This document shows, piece by piece, positions 38,301 through 56,875 of a stretch of 64,000 nucleotides of DNA. The notes under the pieces were generated by a model that was not told the origin of the DNA, did no database searches, and saw only the letters and a program-made list of their open reading frames with translations. Positions within the stretch are counted from its first letter, which is position 1, and the number at the start of each line of letters is the position of its first letter. This stretch comes from Scenedesmus sp. PABB004 (lineage: Eukaryota), in the NCBI GenBank assembly GCA_014905635.1, contig JABVCE010000009.1:496001-560000 (forward strand), in the 5' to 3' direction. The translations under genes and the position numbers were made by a program.

Positions 38301-41300
38301 GGTGGAGCAGCAGCAGCAGGCTTCTGTTGATGCGCAGCTCGCCGCCCCCAGTGGCGCCGTCGGGCGGGCGCGACACCACCTCCAGCGATGCGGCGCAGCT
38401 GCAGCAGTGGCTGCCGGCGCCGTCGCCGGCACGGGCCCGGTGCGCCAGGCAGGGCACAGGCGGCGGCGCGGCGCCTGCCGCGCCGGCGCCGCCCCCTGCT
38501 GCCGCCGCCGCGGCTGCCTGCAAGGCGTCGTGCACGTACCAGAGCTGCGCCAGCCGCGCCCGGTCCTGGGCGTGGATGGCTCGCAGCGCCGGCCGGCCCT
38601 CCGCCGCCGCCTCCGCCGCCGCCGCGCCCGCAGCCGCGCGCGCCGCCTCGTCCGCTGCCGCCGCGCCCGCCGCCTCGTCCGCTGCCGCGGCGCCCGTGCC
38701 CGCGCCCGCCGCGCGCGCATGCTGCGCGTGCGCCCACGCGAGCGCCGCGCGCCAGTGCGCGTCCCAGCTGCGCCGGAGCGTCGCGCCCTCGGGCGCCTTG
38801 ACCTGAGAGGCGCGCAGCACGATGACGCCCGGCGGCAACGCCGCTGCCGACAGCGGGAGCAGCGTGCCCTTGGCGACAACGCCGCCAAAGTGGGGGTCCA
38901 AGAGCCGCACCTGCAGCACCCGGGCAGCGGCGGCGGTGGCGGCGGCAACAACCGCTCAGGCACGCCCGTCCCCCGCAGCGGGCAGGGCGGTCCCGCCACA
39001 TGCGCGCGCCGCGGCGCCCGTGCCTGCAGCGGCGTGCGCGGCCACAGCACGCCGCGGCCGCGCTCGGCGGCGACCAGCTCGCCGGCCGCAACGGCGGGCA
39101 CGAGGGCGGCCAGGTCTTCTGAGATGAAGCCTACAGGGCACGGCGAGCGGCGCATTGCGCGACTTGAGCACCGCTCAGGCTGCGAGGCGCGCGCCAGGCT
39201 CGCCAGGCTCGCCGCCGCCCCCGCGCACCCGAGCCGTCGCTGAGCACCAGCTCCTCGGCCGCGCCGCCGCCGCCGCCGGGCGCGAGCGCGGCGCCGAGGG
39301 CGTCAGTCGGGCCGCACACGTCGGGCCAGTACACGATGCGCGCCGCAGGCACCTGCGCGACGCACCGACAGGTCGGCGGCGGCCGCTGCCGCGGCCGGGC
39401 TGGCGCGCGCAGCCTGCCGCGGCCCCCGCGCAGCCGGCCCGCCGTTCCCCACCTTGAGGGGCAGAGTGCTGCTGACGAGGAGCGCGCCGCGTGCGCTCTG
39501 CTTCGCCACGCTCGGCAGGCTCGCAAAGCCGCCGAGCAGCTGCCGCGCGGCAGCGGGGTTGGTCGGCGCCCACGCGGCGGCGTCCTCCGGCGCGACAGAG
39601 TCGGTCGCCAGCAGCCAGAGCGACTCGCCGTCCTGGCCCACGTCCTTTTGGAGCAGCCTGCGGCGTGCGGGCGGAGTTGGCGGTCAGCGGTGCTGCTGCG
39701 CGCGTCACAGCATGCCGCGGCGCCGCGCAGGGGGGCGCCCGCCCGCGCGGTGCCCGACCTGCGGTAGCGCCGCCCAGCGACCACGACGCCGTGGGTGAGC
39801 ACCGCCTCGAGCGCCCGCGCCGCCGCGCCGTGCTGCGCGCCGCCGCCGGCGCTGCCGCCGCCGCCGCCGCCGCTAGCGCCGCCCGCGGCGGCGAGGCTGC
39901 CGGCGACGCCCGTCACGCGGACGAGGCGGTCGTGCGCGCCGAGCACGGGGTGGCGCTGCAGAGCGCAGCTTGCGCCGTGGTCAAGATCAAAGAGCCGCCA
40001 GTCCAGCGCGCCGCCGTAGACCGGCGCCGCAGCGCACGGCGCGGCGCTGGCCGCGGCGGCGGCCGCCTCGTCCGCCGCGGCGAGGAAGGCGGCCGCGTCG
40101 GGGTTGAGCAGCAGGCGCGCGCGGTTGCGTGGGTGCCGTGCGGCCTGCAGCTGCTCCGCGCGCGCGGCGCGCGCCGCGTGGTCGCCCGGCCCGCCGGGGC
40201 TGCACGGTCCGAGGAGCTCCGCGTCTGGCGGGCCGTGGCGCCACAGCCAGACGCCGGGCGCGCCCGCCGCCGCCGCCGCGGCGGCAGCGTCGCGGCCGCT
40301 CAGGCCCGACGCGCCGGCGGGGCCCGCCGCCGCGGGCACCCACGCCAGCCGCCGCGCCTCCAGCAGAGCCAGCATCTCGCGCGACGGCGGCGTGGCCCAG
40401 CGGCCCGGCCGGGGCTGCTCCCAACAGCCGCAGTGCCGCGCCCACTGCGTCACCAGCCCGGCCGGCAGCCAGTACGCGCCCGGTGCGCCGCCGGGGCCGC
40501 GCGTGGCGCCGCCATCCGCCGCCGCGCCCGTGCCGCCGCCGCCCGCCGCCGCGGCCGCGAGCCGCGTGTACGCGGCCAGGTCCTCTGCCAGCCAGGCGTC
40601 GAGCAGGTCCAGCCGCTCGGGCGGCAGGTGCGGCAGCGCGGTCAGCGTGCGGCACGACACAAAGTCCAGCACCAGGAGCTGCTCCAGCAGCAGCCTGCGG
40701 CGGGCGCGGCGGGCAAGGCTTTGAGCCGCGGGCGAGCTGGCGCCGTGAGGGCGGGCGCGGCGGCGCCGTGAGGGCGGCCGGGCCGCGCGGCCACGCCACG
40801 CGCCGCGCGGCGCGGCGCACCGCAGCGGGAAGGTGAGCGCGAGCCATCGCTGCAGGCGCGCCGTCTCGGCTTGTAGGTGCCAAGCGGGCAGCACGCCGCC
40901 CATCGCCGCCGCCAGCTTCGCCACGTCGCCTGCCGCAATCGCCGCCAGCCGCTCCCAGCTGTGCCACACGAGGCTCCACAGCCCCGGGCGCCACGGCGGG
41001 GCGCCGGCGCCTGCGGCGGCCGCCGCTGCCGCGACCGCGCAGGGCGCCGGCGCTCGCGGCACCGGTGGTCTTGGCTGCTGCTGCTGCGGCTGCTGCGGCT
41101 GGAACGGCAGCTCCTGCTGCCTCTCCTGCAGTCGCAGCGATAACGGCGAGGGCTGCGCGGCGGTCGGGTCGGGATGTCCCGGCCGCTGCTGCTCCAGCGG
41201 CTGCTGCGTCCGGCGTGCACCGGGCTCCACATGGGGCTGCTTGCGCGGGCTCTCCTCCGCGTCCTCTGCCTCCTCCAGCGCGGCACGCTTGCCCGGCGTG

Positions 41301-41314
41301 GGCGTAGACGACAT
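35312..41314 (-). CDS. RDR: Cellular (RNA-silencing) RNA-dependent RNA polymerase, RDR-gamma-like (plant RDR3/4/5, fungal QDE-1 type), multi-exon
   Basis: AKQSARGALLVSST, LSDGSG|FISEDLA, PLQ|VRL..VAKGTL, SLEVV, RLLGLPDPSG, VIYRDPGIHAGDV, LAGGDY|DGDQY, YYRALDAPKTG and AWRVAGQWLRGLK. Confidence 0.9.
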
Positions 41315-41525
41315 GGCCGCGCGCAGTCGGCGTGGCGGCGGGCGCGAGCGACGCGGGCGCCGCCCCACCGCTGCCCCTGAGGCCGGGCCTGGCGCGCAGA
41401 GGCCGTCACCCCCGGGGGGTCAGCTGGGGGGCGCTCGCAGCCGCCGCGGTTTGGCCGGAGAACCGCCGCGTCGGTTCGCGGCGCGCACGCTCGCTCGCCG
41501 ATTAATCGCAGCCCTTCGCCCTCAC

Positions 41526-43592
41526 TCACACCTGCTCGTCCTCGTCCTCCTCCTCCTCTTCCGCCCACCGCTCCTCCCAGCTGCTCGGGCGGGGCGCGCG
41601 GGGCGCGGCCGCCGGCGCGCCCGCCGCCGCGGCCGCCGGCGCGCCCGCCGCCGAGCCGCACGCCGCTGGGTGCTCGACTCGGCCACCGGCCGCCGCCATC
41701 CAGCTGGCGTTGAACAGGCAGGTCGTGTAGCTCGGCGGTGTGGGCGCGGCGCGGTGGCGGGCGAGGAACTGGCACAGCGCGCACTCCCCCCTCTCCGCGC
41801 GCTGCGCCCAGAGCTGCCGGAACAGCGGCGACGGCTGCTCCTCGGGCTGCGCGCGGTGCGGCGCGGCGGCGGTCAGGCTCGCGCAGCACGGCGCCTGGCG
41901 CGGCGGGGCGGGGCTCTGCCGTGGCCCGGGCACGGCGCCGCGGCCCGCGCACCTTGACCTGCTTCCACGCCAGCATCGCCTCGTACGCGCCGCGGTCGCG
42001 GCCGAGCCTCTGCAGCAGCGCGGCGAGCTCGCCGGGCGTCGCCGCGTCGCCGCGCCCGGCCGGGTCATACACGATCGCCGCGTTGGGCGCGGGCAGGAAC
42101 TCGCGCACGTTGGGGCTGCCAAGGTAGATGGGCACACACCCCGCCGCGAGCGCGTCCCACACCTGCGGCGGCACGCGCGCGCGGCGGCGGCGACGGCGTC
42201 GGCGCATCGGCTGCCGCGCTGGCCAGCCGCCGCGGCGCGCCGACACCGCGGCAGCCCGGCAGCCCGGCGAGCGGCCAGCACCTTTTCTGTGACGTAGTCC
42301 AGCCGCACGCTGTTCTCCATTGCGACGCAGAACTTGTAGGCCGAAAACACCTCGCGCTTGCCCGCGCCCGGCGACGGCCAGGGCGTGTTGCGGCCGCACG
42401 ACCCGAGCGCGTGCACCGCGACGCCGCTGCCGTTGAGCGCGCCGGCGAGCTGGGCCACGATCTCGGCGCGCCCGCTGTGGGCGTTGCAGTTGCTGTTGAT
42501 GTAGGCCACCGCGTCGTGCTTGCGCTCAAACGGCACCGGCGCGCGCTGCGCGGCGGCGGCGGCGGCGGCGGCGGCAGTCGGGGCGGGCCGCGCGCCGTGC
42601 CGAGCACGCCTGGCGTGCGGTGCGCCGCGCCGCCGCGAAGCCGCGGCGCGCGCCTTGAACAGCTGGGGCAGCGTCTCGAGGCTGTAATAGTTGACCACCT
42701 GCGCGCAGCGCCGGTAGGTTATCTCGGCATCAAACCCGCACATGTACGCCGGGTGCTCGAGCTGCTTGTAGTAAGAAGACGACTCCTGCGACGCGCGGGG
42801 GCGTGCGTACGCACATGCAGAGCGGCGGCGGGCGGCGGCGCGGCGGCGCCTTGCCGCCGCAGCTGCTGCGGCGGGCGGCGGCGCGGCGGTGCTGCTGTCG
42901 CTGCGGCGGCGCACCAGGCTCACGGCGATGTGCAGCTGCCCGGGGAACGTGCGCCGGCGGACGCGGCCGTGGAAGCTGGGGGCATGGTAGTACAGCGCGT
43001 CGGCGGCGTCGAGCTGGGCCTGCGGCGGTGCGAGGGGCCAGGGGCTCGTCACTGGCTCGCTGCCACCAGCTGGCGGCAGCCAGCCAGCGGTGAGCCGCCC
43101 CCCGCCCCTGACGGCGGCATGGCGCGCCCAGCACGCACCTCGCGCGGGCTGTGCACGAAGCGGCAGTTTAGCGGCACGCCCTCCAGCGAGCAGTTGGACG
43201 TGGCGGCGGGCATCGTCCAGAACGGCGCGCTCATTATTGCGACTGTAAACGGCCGCGACGCGGCCGCGCGCAGCGCCGCGAGCTCGCCGCCGGCCGCCGG
43301 CTCACTGTGCAGCTGCACCGGGGCGCGAGAAGCACGCCTGCACGGCGCAGGGCCAAGGGCGAGCTCGGCGGCGGCGTGGCGCGGCGCCACCGCGCAGCGG
43401 CGAGCCCGGCAGCGGAGCTCCGCTGGCCGCGCCGCACCCGTCGAGCCGGCTGGCGAGCGCCAGCAGAGCTCCTCCCAGCAGCACCATGGCGAAGACTGCC
43501 CACGCCGGTCGGCGCTGCAGCCAGCCATCTGCAGCAGGCCGGCGGGGCGGCCCGCCCGGGCCGCCGGCGTCGCTGTGATTGCTCGCTCCCAT
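41526..43592 (-). CDS. Alpha-1,3/4-fucosyltransferase (GT10), type II membrane protein, multi-exon
   Basis: N-terminal TM (WAVFAMVLLGGALLAL), AVAYINSNC, and the GT10 motif YKFCVAMENSVRLDYVTEK|VWDALAAGCVPIYLG. Confidence 0.93.
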
Positions 43593-44218
43593 GACTACCG
43601 CATCGCCCGGCGCTGCACGGTTACTAGTTTAACGAGCAAATGCGAGCTCTGGGCGCGGCGGCCAGCGGCCTGGTGGCCGGGCTGGTGCGGCTGTTTGCGG
43701 GGTGGCGGCGCCGCTTGCCGGAGCAGGCCCTGGGCGCGGGGGCTTGGACGAACGATCGGAGGCAGGCGTCGGCCCCGGCGCAGAAAGCTGGCGCGTTACC
43801 AGCCCGCGGGGCGGCTGAGCGAAGCCGCTGCGGCTCCGCAACGCCTGCGACGCCCCGACCGCTGCAACAGCCAACTCCCGCCGCCGACGCAGCAGCAGCT
43901 GCAGATTCAGCAGGCCACCACAGCAGCGAGTGCACGCGCGCAGCAGCTGCTGTGCGCGCGACCCGCTGCCGCCGCCGCCCGATCACTGCCCCGATCGCGC
44001 CTGCTCTACACCGCCCGCAGCGGCCACCGCACGCCTGCAGCGGCCGCCCCGCCGCTGTGTGCCGCCGCCGTCCGCGTGCCTCCCCCGTTCCCCCGCCTGC
44101 CCGCTGCCCGGCCCCCGCCCGCCCCGCCCCCTCCCCAAGCGCCGCGCCGCGCCGCGCCGCACCGCGCCGCGCGCCGGGCTGCCGCTGCAGCCCGGCCGCC
44201 GCGCCGCCGCGCCGGCTC

Positions 44219-48910
<4,692 letters not shown>

Positions 48911-49614
48911 CCTGCTGATGCGCCCGCGCCGGGCCGCTGCTCCGCCCCTGCACGCTGCGCAAGGCTGCGTCGGGCACTGGCGGGGGACGCCCGGGGTGTG
49001 GGAGACGCGGGGAGCCAGCTCGCGGGCACGCCTGGGGGCGCCAGGGCTTGAGCAGCGCAGCGGTTGAGCGCCGTGCCGCCCCGTGCCGCCCCGGCAGCAC
49101 CCGAGGCAGCTCTGGCCGGGTGGGGGGGCTCACCCGCGAGGTGGAGCAGCCCTTGGTGAGCTGGGAGGCCGGGGCAAGGGCAGCCGAGGGTGCTGTGCTC
49201 GATCGATCGTGCGCGCTACCTGTACGTTGCCGTCACTTCTGTCCCTCGCACTCGTCTCCCGCTGCACAGTCTTGCCCCACTCGCTGGCTTGCATGCAGCT
49301 GGTGCGTCATACAGCCAACAGCAACCCCGTGCGCGTGCGCCGCGCCCGGTCCCCGTGCCTCAGCGCCGCGCGGCGGCGGCAGCAACGCAACGCGAGGCAG
49401 GGAGCAGCGCGGCAGCAACACCAGAGCAGCACCGGGACAGCGCGGCACCCAGACGGCCCGCACAGTCGGCCGCCGCGCCCGTGCGGGCGTGTTGCATTTA
49501 GCCTCGGGAGCGCGCAGCGCGCCTTGCGCTCGTCGCCTCCCCCCGTGCGGGCTCCGCAGGCCGTGCGCCCAGGTCTCAGCGGTCGAGTACTCGTGCCCAG
49601 GTCTCGTGAGCTGC

Positions 49615-51328
49615 TTAGCGTTCGTGCTTGGGGCTGGAAGCGTAGCTCAGGACCTTGTCGGCCTTGTGCACCGCGACCGAGGCGAGGCGGAACTTGTGGC
49701 CGCCCGTCGACGTCTCGTCGAGGATGGTGAACCGCAGCAGGCACTCCGCGCCGGGGCCGACCTCCATGCGCTCCGTGTGCAGCTCGCTCGTGGGGCGGCT
49801 GTTCTTGGCGTCGAAGACCTTGGCCGCGCACGCGCACCCCGACGTGCACTCGACGCGCGCCTTGCCGACGTTGGAGTAGGACTTGAGGAAAGTCAGCGCG
49901 AGCATGACCTTGGCCGACGCCTTGCGGTCGGCGTCGCTCAGCACGTCGCTGTTCACGCGCACCGTGAGCACGCTGCCGGGCGCGTTGGTCAGGTAGCCGT
50001 AGCGGTGGCAGCCTGCGGCGCGGCGGGCGCGGCGGCGGGCGCGGCGGGCACGGGGCGTGATCAGGCGCAGGCGCTGCCCACTTGGCGCTGCTGTTGCTGC
50101 GCGAGCCTGTGGTGTAACTATCTTTGTTCTTTGTTCTTTGCTGCTGCCGCTGCCGCTGTCGTCGGAACCGCCGCCGCCCCCGCCGGCGCCGCGGGGCTCG
50201 CTCGCCGCCGCCGCCGCCGCGCCGCACCAGCGCAGGCGTTGGTGCCCTCGTCGACCCACTCCCAACCCGTGTTGTCGCCGACATACTTCTGCAGGCCCAG
50301 CCCCTGCGCGCAGAAGGTCGGCCAGTCCTCCTGCGCGGCCTCCGGGTTGAGCGGCGGCGGCAGCGCCGGCGGCGCCCGCGCCGCCGCGGCGTCGAGTCCG
50401 CGGTGGTGGTGCAGCAGCGCGCGCGTCGCCTGGTGGCGCAACGCCCACGCGAGGAACGCGGCGTACACGCCCGCGCCGTAGTCGCCGACGTGCACTCTGT
50501 CGAGGAGGATCGCAGTGCGGTTGACGCCGTACGCGTTGTTTGCGTCAAACATGACGTCATACAACGCGTCGCGCACCGACATGACCGGCATGCCGTACCG
50601 CCGCGCCACGACGGCGTGCTGGTCCTCGCCGTTCTCGTAGAAGGGAGTGGGGCGGCCCTCCTTGTCAAGCCAGTGGAACGCGGCAAAGCCAAGCAGCGCG
50701 GCGCGCGGCGCGCGCGCGAGCACCTTGCGCAGCAGCGTCTCGTAGCCCGCGGTCTGCGGGCTCGTGAAGCACTGGCACTCGCCGCCGTAGCTGTTGACCG
50801 AGTACTCGACGAGCACGAGGTCGGCGTCGGGCGGCAGCTCCTGCACGAGGCACAGCGCGGCAAACAATGCCGCGGATGCGCGGCGCGCGAGGTTGGTGAG
50901 CGTGACGTTGGCGCGCGGGAACGCGGCGCTCAGCCACGCCACGAAGGCCTCGGGGTAGGAGGTGTTGCTCCGGCGGCGGTACCCGACCGTCACGCTGCCG
51001 CCAAACGCGACGATTTGGATCGGCTGCGCCGGGTCCTCGGCCGCCAACTTCGCGACGAGGCGCGCCCAGTTGCGGCCCTCCAGCTCGTGCTTGTTGCCCG
51101 CCCTGCACGCGCGCGGCGGTTGCGCCGTGGGCGCGCGTCGTCGTGCGTGGGCCCGCCTGCTGCTCGACCGCGGGCGCCCGCGTGCCACCACCCGCTGTTG
51201 CTGGTCGCCCTGGCTGCCCTGGCTGCGACCGCGTCTGGTGCGCTGCGCGTGCGCCGCAGCAGCAGCGCCCGCGTCTGGCGTCCCCTGGCCCGCAGCCGGC
51301 AGCGGCCACCAGGGCGCCGCCCAGGGGC

Positions 51329-51359
<31 letters not shown>

Positions 51360-51588
51360 TCGCCGCGCGCCCGGCGCTGCCGCCGCCCGCCGCCGCGCCG
51401 CACCTGAGCAGGTTGTCGTTCAGCCCCAGCGGCGCCGCCCAGACGCGCTCTATAAAGTCCTTCTGCTCCGGCGTGAGCCGCGAGGCCTGGCTGACGAACG
51501 CCTTGGCCTTGGCGGCAGCGCCGCCGCCCGGCGCTGCTAGCAGCAGCACCAGCAGCGCGCCCACCGCGGCCTGCCGCGCCGCCACCAT
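49615..51588 (-). CDS. Secreted SGNH/GDSL-type hydrolase, copy B (paralog of 27701-29704)
   Basis: Same exon layout and motifs (IVAFGGSVTVG, EYSVN, DRVH) with scattered substitutions. Ends SYASSPKHER*. Confidence 0.85.
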
Positions 51589-52404
51589 GGCCACGGAGGC
51601 GGCTACTAATGGACTCTGGGACGCCGCGGCGGGCGCGGAGGCGACGGCGCTGGCAGCAGAACATGCCGCCTCACACAAGTCGGAGCACTGGCCAACCGCC
51701 CAGGGCGCGAAGCGGAACCGGGGGGGGGGGGGGGGGGGGGGGGGGGTGTTCCGCATGCGGATGATGCGCAGGGCTGCGCAGGGGTTCCGCATTTGCAGCA
51801 AGCGCTCAACCGCCGGGCACGTTGCGCGGCGATCGCCCGCCACTGCGCAGCGCAACAGGACGCCACGGATTCATTGCACCCTTTGTGCACCACGGAGGAC
51901 CTCGCCACCCCCTGCTGAGCGCGGGGGAGCGGGGCCCGCGATCGCTGATCGCGCTGCCGAAGACGACTCCGCCTTCGTGAGCGCCGGCGTGCAGCTGGCG
52001 ACGCCTCCGCAGGCGCCGTAAATGGTGTCTGTGCTCCGCGAGGGCAGTGAAGAGGCTGGGGCTGGGCGCAGCGGAGCTGCTGCTGCTGCAGCGGCGCCGC
52101 CGCTGCGGCGTACTGGCCGGTGCCCCAGTGCCCCCGGGCGTTTCGAGGGACCTGCAAGCGTGCATTCCAGCCGCCCAAGCCGCCGAAAGGTGCTTCGCAG
52201 ACCCGGGAGCTTTTCTGCCCACTCTGCCCGTTTCTGGCGTAAGCGTCCAGAGCATGCGCAGGCATGCGCAGGGGTTGCGCACCAAGCGCAGGGCTCCCGG
52301 CGCATCCGCTTCGCGCCCTGCAACCGCCCCCGCAGGCCGCCGGGCCTGCGGGCTCTCCCTGCCCACGCTGGGTGCTGCGCGCGGTCCGTAGGGGATGGCC
52401 GTCA

Positions 52405-54112
<1,708 letters not shown>

Positions 54113-54138
54113 AGCCCCGCCAGGGCCCGGCATGGCTG

Positions 54139-54812
54139 TTACCTCAGCAGTCGCTCGGCCGTCGCCGCCGCTGCGGCGAGCGCCCCGCCTGCGTCACCCC
54201 GCCCAGGCGGCGACGCACCACCAGCCGGCCGCGGCGTCGGCGACCTCAGACGTGCTGCCCTCGACGGCGAGCGCGCGCCCCGCCGCGCGGCCCAACGGCA
54301 GCTCGGCGCGCCAGCGCGGCGCCGCCCACAGCCGCCCGCCGACGGCGAGGCTGGCCAGCGCGGTGCGCAGCGCCGCCTGCTTGCCGCCCGCCTGCTGCCA
54401 CGGCGGCGCGCGCGCGCGGGCGCGACGTGGCGGTCCAGCAGCCGCCCGCCGGCGTCCAGGTCGAGGCTGGCAACCTCCTCAAACTCGCTGCCGCTGCTCC
54501 CGCCGCTGCTGCCGCCGTCGCCGCTGCCGCGTCTGCTGCCGCTGCTCGAGCGCGCCCGCCGCCGGCGCTTGGCCTCGCGGCGCTCGCCGATGCTGCCGGA
54601 CCCGCTGCTGCCGCTGCTGCTGCTGCTCACGCGCCGCCGCCGCTTGCGCTTGGCGCCGCCCAGCTGCCCGCGTAGCTTGAGCTTGCGGCGCTTCGACAGC
54701 TTGTGACGGCGCGCGGCGCGCCGGTGGGGCCACGCGGCCCCGGCGCCGTCGCCATCGTCAGCTGCGGCGGCCGCTGCGCCGCCCCGCCTCAGCGGCTGGC
54801 GGGTGGGGCTGC

Positions 54813-54856
<44 letters not shown>

Positions 54857-56519
54857 GCCTGCAGCTGCTCCGGCTGCTGCTCCTGCAGCTGCTCTGGCTG
54901 CTGCTGCTGCTGCTGTTGCTCCTGCTGCCCCTGCTGCTGCCGCTGTGGCGACCGCTGTGGCGCGCCTGGGGCTAGAGCGGCCTCCGGCGTGGCCTCGCGC
55001 GACGGCGCCTGCGCGTCAAGCTGGCTGCACCGGCACCCCAGCTGCGCCAGCGCACCGGGCAGGCCGCTTGGCTGCGCCGCGCCCAGCAGCAGCAGCTGCA
55101 GGCGCAGCAGCCAGCCCGACGCGAGCACGCGCAGGCGCTGCTCCGGCCGGGCCGCCGTGCCAGCCAGCTGCCGGGGCGCGTCCGCCGCCGCGCCCGCGCC
55201 GCCCGCCGCCGTCCAGAGCGCCTCTGCTGCTCGCACCAGCGCGGCCAGCTGCGCGCCCGCCTCGTCGTCATGCCGCAGCAGCGCCAGCAGCTGCGCGCGG
55301 TGGCACGTGAGCGCGTTGGCGAGCAGCAGCTCGTCCATGCCCCAGCGCTGCAGGCAGTCGCCGTCGCCGAGCAGCAGGCGGCTGGGGTCGGCCACCCACG
55401 CCACCTGCGCGGCGGGCACCGCCGCGCCGCCGCTGCCGCTGCGGGCGGCCGCCCACGCCGCCTGCTCGGCCGCCCAGCGCTGCAGCGGGGTCGGTCCTGC
55501 ACGCGGCGCCGGCGGCGCGAGGAGGCGCGCGAACGCGAGCAGCTGCTCGTCCGGCAGCAGCGGCAGCAGCCGCGCGCACAGCGGCCCCCACTCGGCCGAG
55601 GCAATGAACTCCTGCAGCAGCGCCTGCGCGCGGCCGTGGCGCGACGAGCGCGGGCTGTCCAGCACCCGCAGCAGCTCCTGCGGCGCCGTGCGGCCGGACG
55701 GAAGCGGGAGGCCTCGGCGCGTGCGCGACACCGCCCGCGCGCGCTCGCGCGCGCGCGCCGCCGCCGCCAGCGTCGTCGTTGCCCACCGCGGCGCGCACCT
55801 GCTGCACCATGTGCGGCGCGAGGTCGAGCCACTCGCCGTCCGCGCACGCGCGCGCGAGCTCCTCACTCGCCCAGAAGCCGGGGCAGCGCGCCCGCAGCGC
55901 GTCCAGTGTGGCGTGGAGGTCCAACTCGGCAAAGTAGTGCGGCCGCGCCGCGACGGCGACGGGCGCCTGCGTGCGCTTGCCGCCCCACACCAGCAGCTCC
56001 CACACGTCGCCGCGGTGGCGCAGCGCGTAGTTGGCAAACGCGCGCGCGCCGCGCTTGAACGACCCGATGCCGGCGAGGCTGGTGAAGTGGGCGAACCAGG
56101 CGGCCTCGGCGCCGCGCGACGACGTGAGCACGTCGCGCAGGAAGGCTGGGTCGGCGCCGAGCAGCGCCGCGACGCCGGCCGGCCGCGCCGCCGCCAGCGC
56201 GCCAGCAAGCGCGAGCGCCGCGCGCTCGCAGCGCGCGAGCGGGCCGCGGCGCGGCGAGAGGCAGGCGCTGCGCGCGGCGGGCTGCACGTGCGGCAGGTGC
56301 GCCAGGCTGCTGATGAGCCAGCCCCGGGCCTCGCCGCGCGCGTTGGCGTCGCCCTGCGGCGGCGCGCGGCGAACGGTGCGGCAGCATCGGCGCGCGGTGC
56401 GGCCCCCCGCGCCCAGGCCTCCGCGCTCGCAGGCTTGCAGGCCCTGGCCCGTCGCCCCGCACCAGGATCAGTGAGCGCAGGGCGTCCTCCGCCGCCGCCA
56501 GCGGCGCGTCGAGCGACAT
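54139..56519 (-). CDS. Hypothetical protein with a structured N-terminal domain, a poly-Q tract and a basic NLS-like region
   Basis: MSLDAPLAAAEDALRSLIL...WELLVWGGKRTQAPVAVAARPHYFAELDL...CPGFWASEEL, plus HKLSKRRKLKLR. The 3' end frame is uncertain. Confidence 0.65.
54814..54940 (-). repeat. CAG/poly-Gln coding microsatellite
   Basis: A long (ctg)n tract on the + strand. Confidence 0.9.
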
Positions 56520-56875
56520 CGGCGCCGCTGCGGCCTGCGCCGCCGCCGCTGCGGGGCTGCGTGCACGCTGGCGAGGCGCTGGGGCGCGCGCTAGGTCATG
56601 GAGCGGCGGACGGGCGCTGCAGCGGCCCCGCCGCGCCGCGGCGGTGGCGCCTGTCGAGCGGCCTGCTGCTGCCCGCGCGGCGTGCTTCTGCTGCCGTGCG
56701 GGGAGGCGTGGACAGGAGCGTGTTGCCGCATGCGCGAGCACACAGCCCGAGCCCCAGAGCCCTCAACCGCGCAAGCGGGCGCGCGAGTCGCGGCGCGACG
56801 GGCGCTGCGGCGGCGCCGCGCGGCGCAGTGTCGCACGGAGCAGCGCGCTTTCCAGCGCCGCCGTGAGCGCCGGCG

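Noticed and set aside
35312..41314. Endogenous RNA-virus polymerase
   Set aside because: The motif is DxDGD (double-psi-barrel cellular RDR), not the viral GDD palm type, and the gene has ordinary spliceosomal introns.
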